A stretch of DNA of 64,000 bases from Candidatus Enterousia sp. GTDB lineage: Bacteria; Pseudomonadota; Alphaproteobacteria; Rs-D84. The position numbers and the translations under genes are program-made. The stretch lies in assembly GCA_045593685.1 (NCBI GenBank), contig JAZNXD010000023.1:1715-65714 (forward strand). Reading direction: 5' to 3'. Under the pieces are notes generated by a model. It was given only the letters and a program-made list of their open reading frames with translations. It did not search any database and was not told the origin of the DNA. Of this stretch, positions 1 to 8,779 are shown in pieces (the stretch's first letter is position 1; each line of letters opens with the position of its first letter).

Positions 1-870
1 CCGCGTGTTGGGTCGACCGGTACGACCGCGGGGCGTTCTTATTATCAGCCTGCGGACTATGAACGCCTGGCGGACAGTGGACTGTACGTTGGGTTGTCTG
101 TTGCCTATACCGCATCTGTTATGGGGGATATATCCGCCGACTATACCGGCGAAGAAGATGCGTATACCGTGCCCGGTGCGTTCCAGGGGGCGGATTTTGA
201 TTCGGACAGTGTAATACCATTACAGTTGTCGGTTGGTGCGGCGATTAATAATGATATCAGAATTGATTTTTCGTATTTGCGTTATTCGGGTATTGGCTAT
301 CCCAAGACGGTTCAGACATCCGACGGCGCCGGCGATTTTGTCGAGGCCCAGGTTGACGGTGGTGCCATCACCGCAAATTCAACCATGTTAAATGTATATT
401 ATAATATTGATTCATTTACCGGATATTTGGCGGGCGGGTCTTTACGCCCATATGTTGGTGCGGGTGTTGGTATATCGCTAAATACGATTGCGGATTATGT
501 CGTGTATGACAATACGTTCTATTCGGTTATGGATCCGGCATATGCGGGTGCGGGTCAATTAACGGGGATTTCCGATATTTATGCATATCACAACGGCGGC
601 ACAAGTGAAGAATTCGCCTTTATGCTAGAAGGTGGTGTTACGACCGAAATGGAGGGTGGAATAAAACTGGACTTCTTTGTGCGTTACGCCAACCTGGGCA
701 AGGTCAAGACATCGGGCAGTATTGTCCTTTCGCAAATTGAATGGTTGGGTGACGGTGCCGGTGGCGAATACGAAGCCCCATACGACAGTGTGTTCCATTA
801 TACCAACTGGTATGAAAGTGGACGTTTGGGGTTGGTTGATGTCGGCATCAGGATGAGATTGCAATTCTAA
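1..870 (+). CDS. outer-membrane beta-barrel protein (porin/OmpA-like barrel family), N-terminus outside window
   Basis: The frame of ORF 94..870 is open back to base 1 (PRVGSTGTTAGRSYYQPADYERLADSGLYVGLSVAYT...), so codon 94 (TTG) is probably not the start. Alternating-hydrophobic strands, Gly/Tyr/Asn loops and a C-terminal ...IRMRLQF ending in Phe resemble an OMP beta-signal. Same style as 29720..30490 and 30507..31142. Confidence 0.6.
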   Translation, partial: PRVGSTGTTAGRSYYQPADYERLADSGLYVGLSVAYTASVMGDISADYTGEEDAYTVPGAFQGADFDSDSVIPLQLSVGAAINNDIRIDFSYLRYSGIGYPKTVQTSDGAGDFVEAQVDGGAITANSTMLNVYYNIDSFTGYLAGGSLRPYVGAGVGISLNTIADYVVYDNTFYSVMDPAYAGAGQLTGISDIYAYHNGGTSEEFAFMLEGGVTTEMEGGIKLDFFVRYANLGKVKTSGSIVLSQIEWLGDGAGGEYEAPYDSVFHYTNWYESGRLGLVDVGIRMRLQF

Positions 871-933
871 GGGAATATTGTGTGCCGGGCATGTCCCGGT
901 TCCACACGTTTTTAACATTGGGCGGCAGAGAGA

Positions 934-2655
934 ATGAAAACCAAAAAATCTATCTTGTATTATTCTTTATTGGCGGCGGTATCTTGTATGCCGGTCATAT
1001 CCCACGCGGGTATCCGTGTTGGAAATCTGTCGCGCACCAATGCCCAGGGCTATCAGCAGGTAAACGAAATGCGTTATAATGCCGCCGCAAATAATGCCGC
1101 GGCGATGGCCAATACGGTTGCTGCAATCCCGGTCGATTTACCTGTGCCGGTTGATAATCCGGATTTGGCGGCCCAGGTACGTTCTGCGCATGCTGACTCA
1201 CCGGTTTCCATGGCGCAACTGGAACGCTGCTCGATGATATATCCAAATGGTGAATTTAAGTGGGCAACCCCCACCGTTGGGCGTGGTGCGGGTGGTGCAT
1301 CAACATGCACGGCGGTTGTCGAATTGCGTGCATACCAGGCCGGACAAAATGGTGAAGATTTGGTTGTCGCACGTGCAAATTTACCCGCGGGCGAAGCGGT
1401 ACGTTGTAACATATCTGACTTCCCCGAGGTTACATGGCAACCGGCCGCCGAACAGGTTGAATTCCCCGCCGACCACGAACCGACCATGGATGATGTGGTG
1501 GCCGTCATGAACCACGAACAAAAACAGGATGCGGGCTTTAAGATTGCTGCCGGTGCGATTTTGGGTGGCCTGGGGGGCAACGCCATGGGCAAAAACGAAC
1601 CGGGCAAAGATGGAATTTTGGGTGGTGGAAAACACAAAACGCAAAGCACGATTATTGGCGCCCTGGGTGGTGCCGCATTGATGGTTGGGCATACCCAAAC
1701 GGGCAAGGTTGCGGGTGACACAATATTATCTGCGGGTGTTAATGCGACCGCCGGTGCGGTTGTGGGAAACATGGTGGCCACCGGGGATGCGGTTATGCGT
1801 ATCGAAGATTGTACGGTCGATGGCCGTGATACAACATGTCTGTGGGGCGTCGTTGCCACGGTCAAAGAAGATGGCCTGGGGACAGAAAAGAAGGGCGATA
1901 AAGAGTATTCATATGTTGGGTTTTATCACTCGGAAAACGAAAGTACGATAAAGTGTTTGGAACGCGATGGCAAGTATACAAATTGCGTCCCCCAGGAATT
2001 AATATCTATCTGTCTTGACGGATCCAGCGCAAATATCGAATGCACGGATTTAGATAAACTGAAATCGCAAAATTATCCAGGGATCAGTTATTATACATAT
2101 GTCACAGAAGGCTATAATACCCGTGGCCTGGGCAATCATTTATCAGCCCCCAGTTCGTCTGGACCCGGTTATATAAAAATAAAAAGTGCCAAGATTGCAG
2201 ATAAAAAAGAACCCGCAATGATTGTCGGTGTCAAGGATTCTGCCTTTGGTCATAAAAGGTCGGATTGGGCCAGTATTAAAAAGAATATAAAAAATGAAGA
2301 CATCTATTTACGCAGCACATCAAACCAACCGTACCGTCCCGATATCAAAGGGCAAGATCCAATAGTCTATGATATCCAAAATTTCTATCCGATGTATCGT
2401 GATGCCGAAGATGGTGCCCTTATTGACTTTGGGAACAAGGCACGCTTAAAATCCACATTGACCGGTGCGGGGGTTGGTGGTGCGCTGGGGGCGTTTGCTG
2501 GATATCAGGGCGCACAACAAGATGTCGAAGAACGCTGGGTTACCGCCGTGCGCGAATACAAAGATTCCCTGCAAAAGTTTTATTGTGCAACCGGCACGCG
2601 TTTCCTGACCCAGTATAATGATTTGGTTACAATTCCGGCATTGATTTTGGAATAA
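934..2655 (+). CDS. secreted hypothetical protein with glycine-zipper-like Gly/Ala-rich segments
   Basis: 573-aa ORF with signal peptide MKTKKSILYYSLLAAVSCMPVISHAG. Central GGLGGNAMG...GALGGAALMVG and C-terminal GAGVGGALGAFAG segments, several Cys. Followed by an intrinsic terminator. I recognise no family. Confidence 0.55.
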   Translation: MKTKKSILYYSLLAAVSCMPVISHAGIRVGNLSRTNAQGYQQVNEMRYNAAANNAAAMANTVAAIPVDLPVPVDNPDLAAQVRSAHADSPVSMAQLERCSMIYPNGEFKWATPTVGRGAGGASTCTAVVELRAYQAGQNGEDLVVARANLPAGEAVRCNISDFPEVTWQPAAEQVEFPADHEPTMDDVVAVMNHEQKQDAGFKIAAGAILGGLGGNAMGKNEPGKDGILGGGKHKTQSTIIGALGGAALMVGHTQTGKVAGDTILSAGVNATAGAVVGNMVATGDAVMRIEDCTVDGRDTTCLWGVVATVKEDGLGTEKKGDKEYSYVGFYHSENESTIKCLERDGKYTNCVPQELISICLDGSSANIECTDLDKLKSQNYPGISYYTYVTEGYNTRGLGNHLSAPSSSGPGYIKIKSAKIADKKEPAMIVGVKDSAFGHKRSDWASIKKNIKNEDIYLRSTSNQPYRPDIKGQDPIVYDIQNFYPMYRDAEDGALIDFGNKARLKSTLTGAGVGGALGAFAGYQGAQQDVEERWVTAVREYKDSLQKFYCATGTRFLTQYNDLVTIPALILE

Positions 2656-2684
2656 AAAACGCCCGGTCTTACCGGGCTTTTTTA
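2655..2684. terminator. bidirectional intrinsic terminator
   Basis: Hairpin GCCCGGTCTTACCGGGC (2661-2677) flanked by an A-run and a T-run, between convergent genes 934..2655 and sodB. Confidence 0.7.
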
Positions 2685-3269
2685 ATTGCGCAAATTTTCC
2701 GCCACAAAATTCCAATTAACTAAATTGTCCAAAAAGTTATCTATAAAATCCGCGCGCTTGTTTTTATAGTCCAAATAATACGCGTGTTCCCATACGTCCA
2801 GGTTTAATAGTGGCTTCATATTATATACCATCGGGGTATCTGCATTTGCTGTATTTATAATTTTTAATCTGTCGCCATCACGAACCAGCCACGTATAACC
2901 ACTGCCAAAAAGTGAAGTCGCGGCGGATTTAAATTGGTCTTTAAAGTTTTGGGCGCTGCCAAAAGAATCAATTATTTCCTGGGGGATTTGCGCGGTACAT
3001 TTCGGACACATGCCCTGAAAGAAAAAGTTATGATTGTATATCTGTGCGGCATTATCAAAAATCTTTTTTTCTGATGGTTTGCCGGCCGATTGAATAATTA
3101 TTTCATCCAGTGACACAGATTCATACGGCGTATTTTCGATTAATTTATTCAAGTTGTCTATATACGTTGCCACGTGTTTGCCGTGATGCGTTTCCAGCGT
3201 TTCCTGGGATATATAGGGCGCCAACGCATCCGTTGTATATGGCAAGGGAAATTGACTCAGTGCGAACAT
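2682..3269 (-). CDS. sodB: superoxide dismutase (Fe/Mn family, Fe-type likely)
   Basis: MFALSQFPLPYTTDALAPYISQETLETHHGKHVATY...DVWEHAYYLDYKNKRADFI are hallmark Fe/Mn-SOD motifs. Start moved to the ATG at 3269, preceded by AGGAGAAAAAT (SD). The upstream extension of the ORF track has no support. Confidence 0.9.
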   Translation of the reverse strand: MFALSQFPLPYTTDALAPYISQETLETHHGKHVATYIDNLNKLIENTPYESVSLDEIIIQSAGKPSEKKIFDNAAQIYNHNFFFQGMCPKCTAQIPQEIIDSFGSAQNFKDQFKSAATSLFGSGYTWLVRDGDRLKIINTANADTPMVYNMKPLLNLDVWEHAYYLDYKNKRADFIDNFLDNLVNWNFVAENLRN

Positions 3270-3402
3270 ATTTTTCTCCTTTTGTTTTTTAATAATGCAA
3301 TATGTGCATGCCAATCACAACAGGAATAAAATTTTATTTACAAAAGCACTTGCGCCCATTGCAAAATATTGTCTATAATCATCGTGCGAAAGGAGTCTAA
3401 AT

Positions 3403-4065
3403 ATGAAAAAAATATCAATTTTATCTGCGATTTTTGGGTTAACTGTTTTTGGCACGGCATCTGCGGCCGATATTACCATATATCACTCACCATCATGCCC
3501 ACATTGCCATCATGCCCGTGAATTTATTTCCAGTACATTGATTTATGAATACCCGGACCTAAAAGTGACCGAGGTTAATGTTACCGACCCCGCCAATATG
3601 GAAAAGTTCCAGGCTGCTTTAACCAAATGTGAATTTGAATCCGGCGGTGTGCCCGTGTTGGTAATTGGTGACAAATGTGAACAGGGCTATGCCGATTTTA
3701 TGCAGGACACATTGCGTCAGCATATTGAAATCGATTTGACCGATGAACAAAAGGCCACGGCCGCCGCAAACAAACAGGCAATGGCCACAGATGCGGAAAA
3801 ATTTAAATCCGAACATGCCGACCGTGTAAATGCTATTTCTGAATATGTTCCCGCGAATGCGGAACCGGCGGCCAAACCAGCCGACGGGGCGGCATCAGAA
3901 ACCACTTCTGACCAGTCTGCCAACACAACCACAGAATCCGACACAACCGCCGCCGCACCGGTTAAAAATGATGGTGGTGTTATTTGGTTCTGGGGTCTGT
4001 TGATTGTATTGGTCGCGGGATTGGGTTATGTCCTGGTTCGTGGTGACAAGAAAAAGAAAAAATAA
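3403..4065 (+). CDS. thioredoxin-fold thiol:disulfide oxidoreductase (DsbA-like CPHC motif), signal peptide plus C-terminal membrane anchor
   Basis: Signal peptide MKKISILSAIFGLTVFGTASA. Active-site-like SPSCPHCHHAREF (CPHC as in DsbA). Low-complexity Ala/Thr/Glu linker. C-terminal TM VIWFWGLLIVLVAGLGYVLV followed by KKKKK. Confidence 0.55.
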   Translation: MKKISILSAIFGLTVFGTASAADITIYHSPSCPHCHHAREFISSTLIYEYPDLKVTEVNVTDPANMEKFQAALTKCEFESGGVPVLVIGDKCEQGYADFMQDTLRQHIEIDLTDEQKATAAANKQAMATDAEKFKSEHADRVNAISEYVPANAEPAAKPADGAASETTSDQSANTTTESDTTAAAPVKNDGGVIWFWGLLIVLVAGLGYVLVRGDKKKKK

Positions 4066-4090
4066 TAACACACAATAAATCGGAACGAAT

Positions 4091-4852
4091 ATGTTTGATT
4101 TAACTGTACTTGATTATATATATGTGGGCGTCATATTGGCGTCCACAATTTGGGCAACAATTCGTGGTGGTGTCTTTGAAACGATTGCGACATTATCGTG
4201 GGTCGTTGCGGCCGTCTCTGCCCGTTTTGCATCGCCTTGGTTGGACGGATTGTTTCAATCGTGGTTTGATTTGCCGGAATCCACCGTTGGTACATTGGTT
4301 GCGTCTTATTTTGTTATCTTTTTTGCCGTGTTAATTTTGGTTGGTTTTGTAAACCAAAAATTGCGCGATAAAATCCAGGACAGCATTATGAACGTCACCG
4401 ACAAGACGTTGGGGGTTATATTTGGCATTATTCGCGGTGTTGTTGTTATGGGTGTTTTTTACTGGGGGGCGTTGTGGTATTATTCTGATATGCCCACATT
4501 GCCTCAGTGGTTGGCCCAGGCACGTACACGCCCAATCATGCAAATGACGGCGGTAAAATTGGATGACTGGTTTTTTCCCGGTCCCGAAAACAGGTTGTTG
4601 GCCCGTGATGTCGCCGGTACACATCATGCGATTGAAATCTATAATAATCTGATAAATCCGGCCATAGGCGCGTCCAAAAAGGCGGACACGCCCGATGCCC
4701 CCACAAAGGCCAACGATGCGGACACCGGATACAAATCGTCTGAACGTGCCGCCCTTGAAAATCAATTACTGCAAATCGAAAGTGTTGCCCGTGCCGTGGA
4801 ACAGCGCGAAGCGCAACAAAACGATTCCGAAACTGTTGAAGAAACAGAATAA
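4091..4852 (+). CDS. cvpA: CvpA-family membrane protein (colicin V production protein homolog)
   Basis: N-terminus MFDLTVLDYIYVGVILASTIWATIRGGVFETIATLSWVVAAV and four predicted TM segments are typical of CvpA. Acidic C-terminal tail. Confidence 0.75.
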   Translation: MFDLTVLDYIYVGVILASTIWATIRGGVFETIATLSWVVAAVSARFASPWLDGLFQSWFDLPESTVGTLVASYFVIFFAVLILVGFVNQKLRDKIQDSIMNVTDKTLGVIFGIIRGVVVMGVFYWGALWYYSDMPTLPQWLAQARTRPIMQMTAVKLDDWFFPGPENRLLARDVAGTHHAIEIYNNLINPAIGASKKADTPDAPTKANDADTGYKSSERAALENQLLQIESVARAVEQREAQQNDSETVEETE

Positions 4853-4854
4853 CA

Positions 4855-4879
4855 AAATCCCCAATCGGGGATTTTTTTG
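4855..4879 (+). terminator. intrinsic terminator after cvpA
   Basis: ATCCCCAATCGGGGAT hairpin followed by TTTTTTT. Confidence 0.7.
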
Positions 4880-4895
4880 TTGTTGAAATATTTAT

Positions 4896-5978
4896 TTGTC
4901 AATATATAATTGTACAGTAGTAAAGGTGTATATATTGTCAAAGTTTTGTGTTTTTTGTGGAAATCCACCAACCGATAAAAATATGGAACACGTTGTTCCA
5001 CAATGGTTGATTAAAATGACGGGTGATGAAAAACGTCTTTGTAATTTAAAGACCATCCTGCCGCGTGATATACCATTTATTCAATTTAAATTCCCCGCGT
5101 GCGAGGCTTGTAATTCCAAGTATTCTGATATGGAGGGCTCGGTCAAGAACATTATTGTTAAAATCCTGGACGGCCAATCTGTAAACGCATCCGAAATAAA
5201 CCTTCTGATGGATTGGATGGACAAGGTTCGCATAGGCCTGTGGCTGGGGGCGTTATATCTGAAAAAACAGGTTGACCAAATATCGCCACACATGCACATA
5301 GAATCCCGCATGGGGCTAAAAGATCGCATACTGATTATAGAACGACAAAATCACCGGGACAAACGCCTTTCGTTTGCGGGACCTGCCCAGCAAACATTTA
5401 TGCACAATCCGTGCGCGTTTCAAATGATAATAAATAATTATATCTTTACAAATGTTTCGGAATACGGATTGGTGTCACGACGTCTGGGGTTTCCATATTG
5501 TGACCGGGTCAAGTTTCTTGACATAGATAACGCCCAGTTTAACACATACAAACGTGCCCCGGGTCGTGTTATCAATCCTGTGGTTCGTGGGCTTAATGGC
5601 GCACCTGACAAAACTATAATCTATCAATCTTGTTCCCCCGCCCAGGCGAACATGTTCCCAGATTTATACAAAAGTGATTATGTCACGGCGCACAGTCTGG
5701 ATGCGGCCACTGGTCTTGGCGGGATTTTTTATCAGAAAAATGCCAACGGTGCACTTTATTTGCCACCCACGGCCCGGGTAAATCTGACACCAAAATTTAC
5801 CACCAAAACCAACGGTCAAATTGTTTCGCAGGTATTTGAATTGCAAAACTATGTTATCGATAATACATATACCCTAAAATTTGCATCCCCCGACGTTGCC
5901 GCCGCCCAGCAAAAAATGAATCAACAATTAATGGCGTTAAATAATATGTATATTCGCGCCTGTCAGAACAAGAAATAG
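4896..5978 (+). CDS. HNH-type (CxxC...EH..P...CxxCN) nuclease-domain protein with large uncharacterised C-terminal domain
   Basis: N-terminal CVFCGNPPTDKNMEHVVPQWL...FPACEACNSKY matches the zinc-ribbon/beta-beta-alpha-Me arrangement of HNH endonucleases (HNH_5-like). The remaining ~270 aa are unrecognised. The true start may be an internal TTG near 4935. Confidence 0.45.
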   Translation: MSIYNCTVVKVYILSKFCVFCGNPPTDKNMEHVVPQWLIKMTGDEKRLCNLKTILPRDIPFIQFKFPACEACNSKYSDMEGSVKNIIVKILDGQSVNASEINLLMDWMDKVRIGLWLGALYLKKQVDQISPHMHIESRMGLKDRILIIERQNHRDKRLSFAGPAQQTFMHNPCAFQMIINNYIFTNVSEYGLVSRRLGFPYCDRVKFLDIDNAQFNTYKRAPGRVINPVVRGLNGAPDKTIIYQSCSPAQANMFPDLYKSDYVTAHSLDAATGLGGIFYQKNANGALYLPPTARVNLTPKFTTKTNGQIVSQVFELQNYVIDNTYTLKFASPDVAAAQQKMNQQLMALNNMYIRACQNKK

Positions 5979-6058
5979 TGCGGGGAATTCATACCTGCTG
6001 ACATTATGGTGGGGTTATTGTATCCTTTATCTTGTACCAGAAGGAGAGAGAACCCACC

Positions 6059-6574
6059 ATGTTACTAAAATCAAAAATATGTTTTACCGTATTGGCCGTT
6101 TATGAAATGGTCGCGGTGTCTGTTTTGCATTTTCAGCGTATCTGTGACGCTATGTTTCCGACCGCCTTTTGCGACAGTTGGTATCGTTACTTTTTGTTTT
6201 GCGTCATTGTTCCATTAATTGCCGGATTGATATTAATGTGGATACGTGAAATAGTTCGCGCCCATCGTCGTCGCAAATTTTTTCGTCGTGCCCGCAATAC
6301 GGTTCGAACGGTAATGTCTACAATCCGCGGCCGCGTATCTGAACACATTGATATGCACGATATGGAACGGATTGTTACGGCGGCTGTGTTGGTCGGTATA
6401 AAAAAATACGCAGACAAACATCCCGGCCTGCGTCAGAACGTAAATCATATAATGGATGTTGCAACCGGTGAAGCCGAACTGGACATCATGGCAACGTCCG
6501 ATGAAATTCGTGCGCCCCGTTCGCGTGGGACATCAAATAAACGCACCAAGGGCACAGCCCCCCGGCGTAAATAA
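6059..6574 (+). CDS. hypothetical membrane protein with basic C-terminal tail
   Basis: ATG at 6059 is preceded by AAGGAGAGAG. Two hydrophobic segments, then Arg-rich stretches (RAHRRRKFFRRARN, ...RSRGTSNKRTKGTAPRRK). Confidence 0.5.
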   Translation: MLLKSKICFTVLAVYEMVAVSVLHFQRICDAMFPTAFCDSWYRYFLFCVIVPLIAGLILMWIREIVRAHRRRKFFRRARNTVRTVMSTIRGRVSEHIDMHDMERIVTAAVLVGIKKYADKHPGLRQNVNHIMDVATGEAELDIMATSDEIRAPRSRGTSNKRTKGTAPRRK

Positions 6575-6593
6575 TATTAATTTCCTTTCCTAA

Positions 6594-6622
6594 TAAAAAA
6601 TCCCCATACGGGGATTTTTATT
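6594..6622. terminator. bidirectional intrinsic terminator
   Basis: AATCCCCATACGGGGATT hairpin flanked by A- and T-runs, between convergent genes. Confidence 0.7.
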
Positions 6623-7205
6623 TTGTTTTTTGTAATTCCTGTGCCAATCGATAAAAATTTTTTGCAACGGTGCACTTTGCTTTGATGCAAATATCCTTAG
6701 ATTTTTTATCATCAATGGGTACGACGATTTTATCGCATGGTTGTCCTGTTATCCGACAATACGGCTGTTTTTGTTTTTGGGTTATCAAAGAAAAGGGTTT
6801 TCTTTCCTGATAGGTTCCTTCCATTTTTTCATACAGTTCACGAAAAACATCGACAACCGGTTCCATAAGTGTGGTGGCCAGTAACATCATTGTCCCAACC
6901 TGTTCGACCGAAGTTACAGGCATTGATATGGTTGCTTTTGGATCTACTTTGGTTAGCTTTGATATGTAAAACGTTGTCTCGCGAAACGCGTTTTTTAGAT
7001 TTCTAATATTTTCATCTTGTTCCAAGGAATCACAAACCGATTCCACAAGTGCGTTCGCCAATACCATCATTGTTCCGGCCTGTTCACTTGAAGTTATACG
7101 CACTGATAGATATGCATTTGGATCTACCCCGGTTATTTTTATTATTTTGTCTAATGTCTCACGAAGCGCTGTTTGTTTATCCTTATTTGCTGCTGCCTTA
7201 CTCAT
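6618..7205 (-). CDS. hypothetical protein with internal tandem duplication
   Basis: 195-aa ORF. Two ~45-aa repeats (KITGVDPNAYLSVRITSSEQAGTMMVLANALVESV / KLTKVDPKATISMPVTSVEQVGTMMLLATTLMEPV) followed by a Cys-containing C-terminal segment. Confidence 0.5.
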   Translation of the reverse strand: MSKAAANKDKQTALRETLDKIIKITGVDPNAYLSVRITSSEQAGTMMVLANALVESVCDSLEQDENIRNLKNAFRETTFYISKLTKVDPKATISMPVTSVEQVGTMMLLATTLMEPVVDVFRELYEKMEGTYQERKPFSLITQKQKQPYCRITGQPCDKIVVPIDDKKSKDICIKAKCTVAKNFYRLAQELQKTK

Positions 7206-7255
7206 ATTTTTTACCCTTTTTGCGCAGCATTATAGTGACAAATTTGTAACCTGTC

Positions 7256-7283
7256 AAACAAAAACCCGCCTTTTGGCGGGTTG
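7256..7283 (-). terminator. intrinsic terminator downstream of the ferredoxin gene
   Basis: ACCCGCCAAAAGGCGGGT hairpin followed by a T-rich run (TTTTTGTTTG) on the minus strand. Confidence 0.6.
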
Positions 7284-7287
7284 TGAA

Positions 7288-7467
7288 TTATGCATCTGGT
7301 GTAATTGCGCCCACCGGACAAATCGATGCGCATGTTCCGCACGAAATGCACTTTGCCGGGTCAATCACGCATTTGCCATCGGGGCCAACAGATATTGCGC
7401 ATACTGGACACATTCCTATACATGTATGACATCCAATGCAGTTACCCTGATTAATTTTATAAGCCAT
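7288..7467 (-). CDS. 2x[4Fe-4S] ferredoxin (59 aa; below ORF-track cutoff)
   Basis: Hand translation of the minus strand gives MAYKINQGNCIGCHTCIGMCPVCAISVGPDGKCVIDPAKCISCGTCASICPVGAITPDA*. It has two CxxCxxCxxxCP motifs and an AGGAG SD 9 nt upstream. The plus-strand ORF 7147..7575 is its antisense artefact. Confidence 0.85.
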   Translation of the reverse strand: MAYKINQGNCIGCHTCIGMCPVCAISVGPDGKCVIDPAKCISCGTCASICPVGAITPDA

Positions 7468-7487
7468 TTTATTATACTCCTATTTTT

Positions 7488-8201
7488 TTATTCACGATTA
7501 AACAGACTTAACAGATACTGGAACATTGCAACAAAAGATATGTATAAATGCAATGCGCCCAACACGGCCAACTGATTCTTTTGGTTTTCATCACCTATAA
7601 CCGCATATGCGCGTTTCAGGTTTTGCATATCGTATGCCGTAAACAGCGCAAATACCAACACTCCAATAAAGCAAACGATTGTGCCGAATGTGCCACCCAT
7701 CATCGCCGGCCATATAAATGACAGCAATCCAACCAAAATCAAACCTATCATCCCCATGGTTAAAAAGATTCCCAAAAATGACAGGTCTTTTACCGTTTTA
7801 TATCCGAATATCGCCATGCATGCAAACATTAATGCCGCAACAACAAACGCCATTAATATGGACGCAGGATTCACCGACAAAGCCACCGCAATCAACGGTG
7901 TCATGGTCACACCTATCAATATTGCGTACAGCATTAATAACCCTGCCGCCGTCGTTGGCTTCATGTTGAATACGCGCACCTGGGCCCAAATGGACAATGC
8001 CAATCCGCCAAACAATAACACATAGTACAACCCCGACATGCCGCCCGTGTTAAAATTAAACAGATACTGTAACCCGCCACCCCAAATTGTCATATATGCG
8101 GCCACGGCCGTGACGCCAACCGCCCCAAACATTAATGCAAATATACGTTTCAGATATAATTCCAGACCACCTGATGCCCGGGCCGATTTAATTTTATTCA
8201 T
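7488..8201 (-). CDS. BAX-inhibitor-1/YccA-family membrane protein
   Basis: 237 aa with ~7 TM segments. N-terminus ...LELYLKRIFALMFGAVGVTAVAAYM and overall pattern are typical of the Bax1-I/YbhL/YccA family. Confidence 0.75.
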   Translation of the reverse strand: MNKIKSARASGGLELYLKRIFALMFGAVGVTAVAAYMTIWGGGLQYLFNFNTGGMSGLYYVLLFGGLALSIWAQVRVFNMKPTTAAGLLMLYAILIGVTMTPLIAVALSVNPASILMAFVVAALMFACMAIFGYKTVKDLSFLGIFLTMGMIGLILVGLLSFIWPAMMGGTFGTIVCFIGVLVFALFTAYDMQNLKRAYAVIGDENQKNQLAVLGALHLYISFVAMFQYLLSLFNRE

Positions 8202-8276
8202 AAATCTTTCTCCTTGTTATTTATCAAATATATAATACAATAAAGTGTGTATTTCAAGATTAAAAGGATATAAATT

Positions 8277-8507
8277 ATGTCATCAAAATATGATAGAGAA
8301 CGTAAACAGCGCCGTGCGGAGCTTGAAGAACGTGTGGACTTGGTACACAATCCCAGAAAAAGCGACAGTATTGCTGCACTCTGCAAAGAACTGGAACGCG
8401 CGAAAAAAACGCTTGCAGGAAAAATGGAACTGGGCGATGACAAGGCGATAACAAAACTGCGCGAGATAATAGATAACTTAAATAGAACAATAGAACGTTC
8501 CAAATAA
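8277..8507 (+). CDS. small coiled-coil hypothetical protein
   Basis: 76-aa charged helical ORF. Its C-terminus (ITKLREIIDNLNRTIERS) resembles that of the next ORF. Confidence 0.4.
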   Translation: MSSKYDRERKQRRAELEERVDLVHNPRKSDSIAALCKELERAKKTLAGKMELGDDKAITKLREIIDNLNRTIERSK

Positions 8508-8521
8508 TTCAGGGGTATATC

Positions 8522-8779
8522 ATGCAAGATTTTAAATACGGACAAACGCGCTATGATATCAGTCGCGCCGCCACTGCGGTTGAGATTCAAAGCATTGCCG
8601 AGTGTTTTGACAGCAAACGTCGTCGCGCCGCATCTCTGTGCGAGATACAAAAACGCGCAGCAGAAATTAAAGAACAGCTTTTAAAATTAAATCCAGACGC
8701 ACATGATTATGCGTCGCGCTATGCCCGCCTGACCGAGATTTTAAATAATTTGCGGGGCACCCTGGAAAGATGTCACTAG
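8522..8779 (+). CDS. small coiled-coil hypothetical protein (weak paralog of 8277..8507)
   Basis: 85-aa ORF with C-terminus ARLTEILNNLRGTLERC. Overlaps the lgt start by 10 nt, suggesting co-transcription. Confidence 0.4.
   Translation: MQDFKYGQTRYDISRAATAVEIQSIAECFDSKRRRAASLCEIQKRAAEIKEQLLKLNPDAHDYASRYARLTEILNNLRGTLERCH

Noticed and set aside
1074-1865. 263-aa minus-strand ORF
   Set aside because: It is a Pro/Ala/Thr-rich antisense frame of the 934..2655 gene, whose sense frame has a signal peptide and terminator.
7147-7575. 142-aa plus-strand ORF
   Set aside because: It is Cys-rich only because it is the antisense of the 2x[4Fe-4S] ferredoxin gene (7288-7467) and runs into the BI-1 gene. 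It has no RBS.
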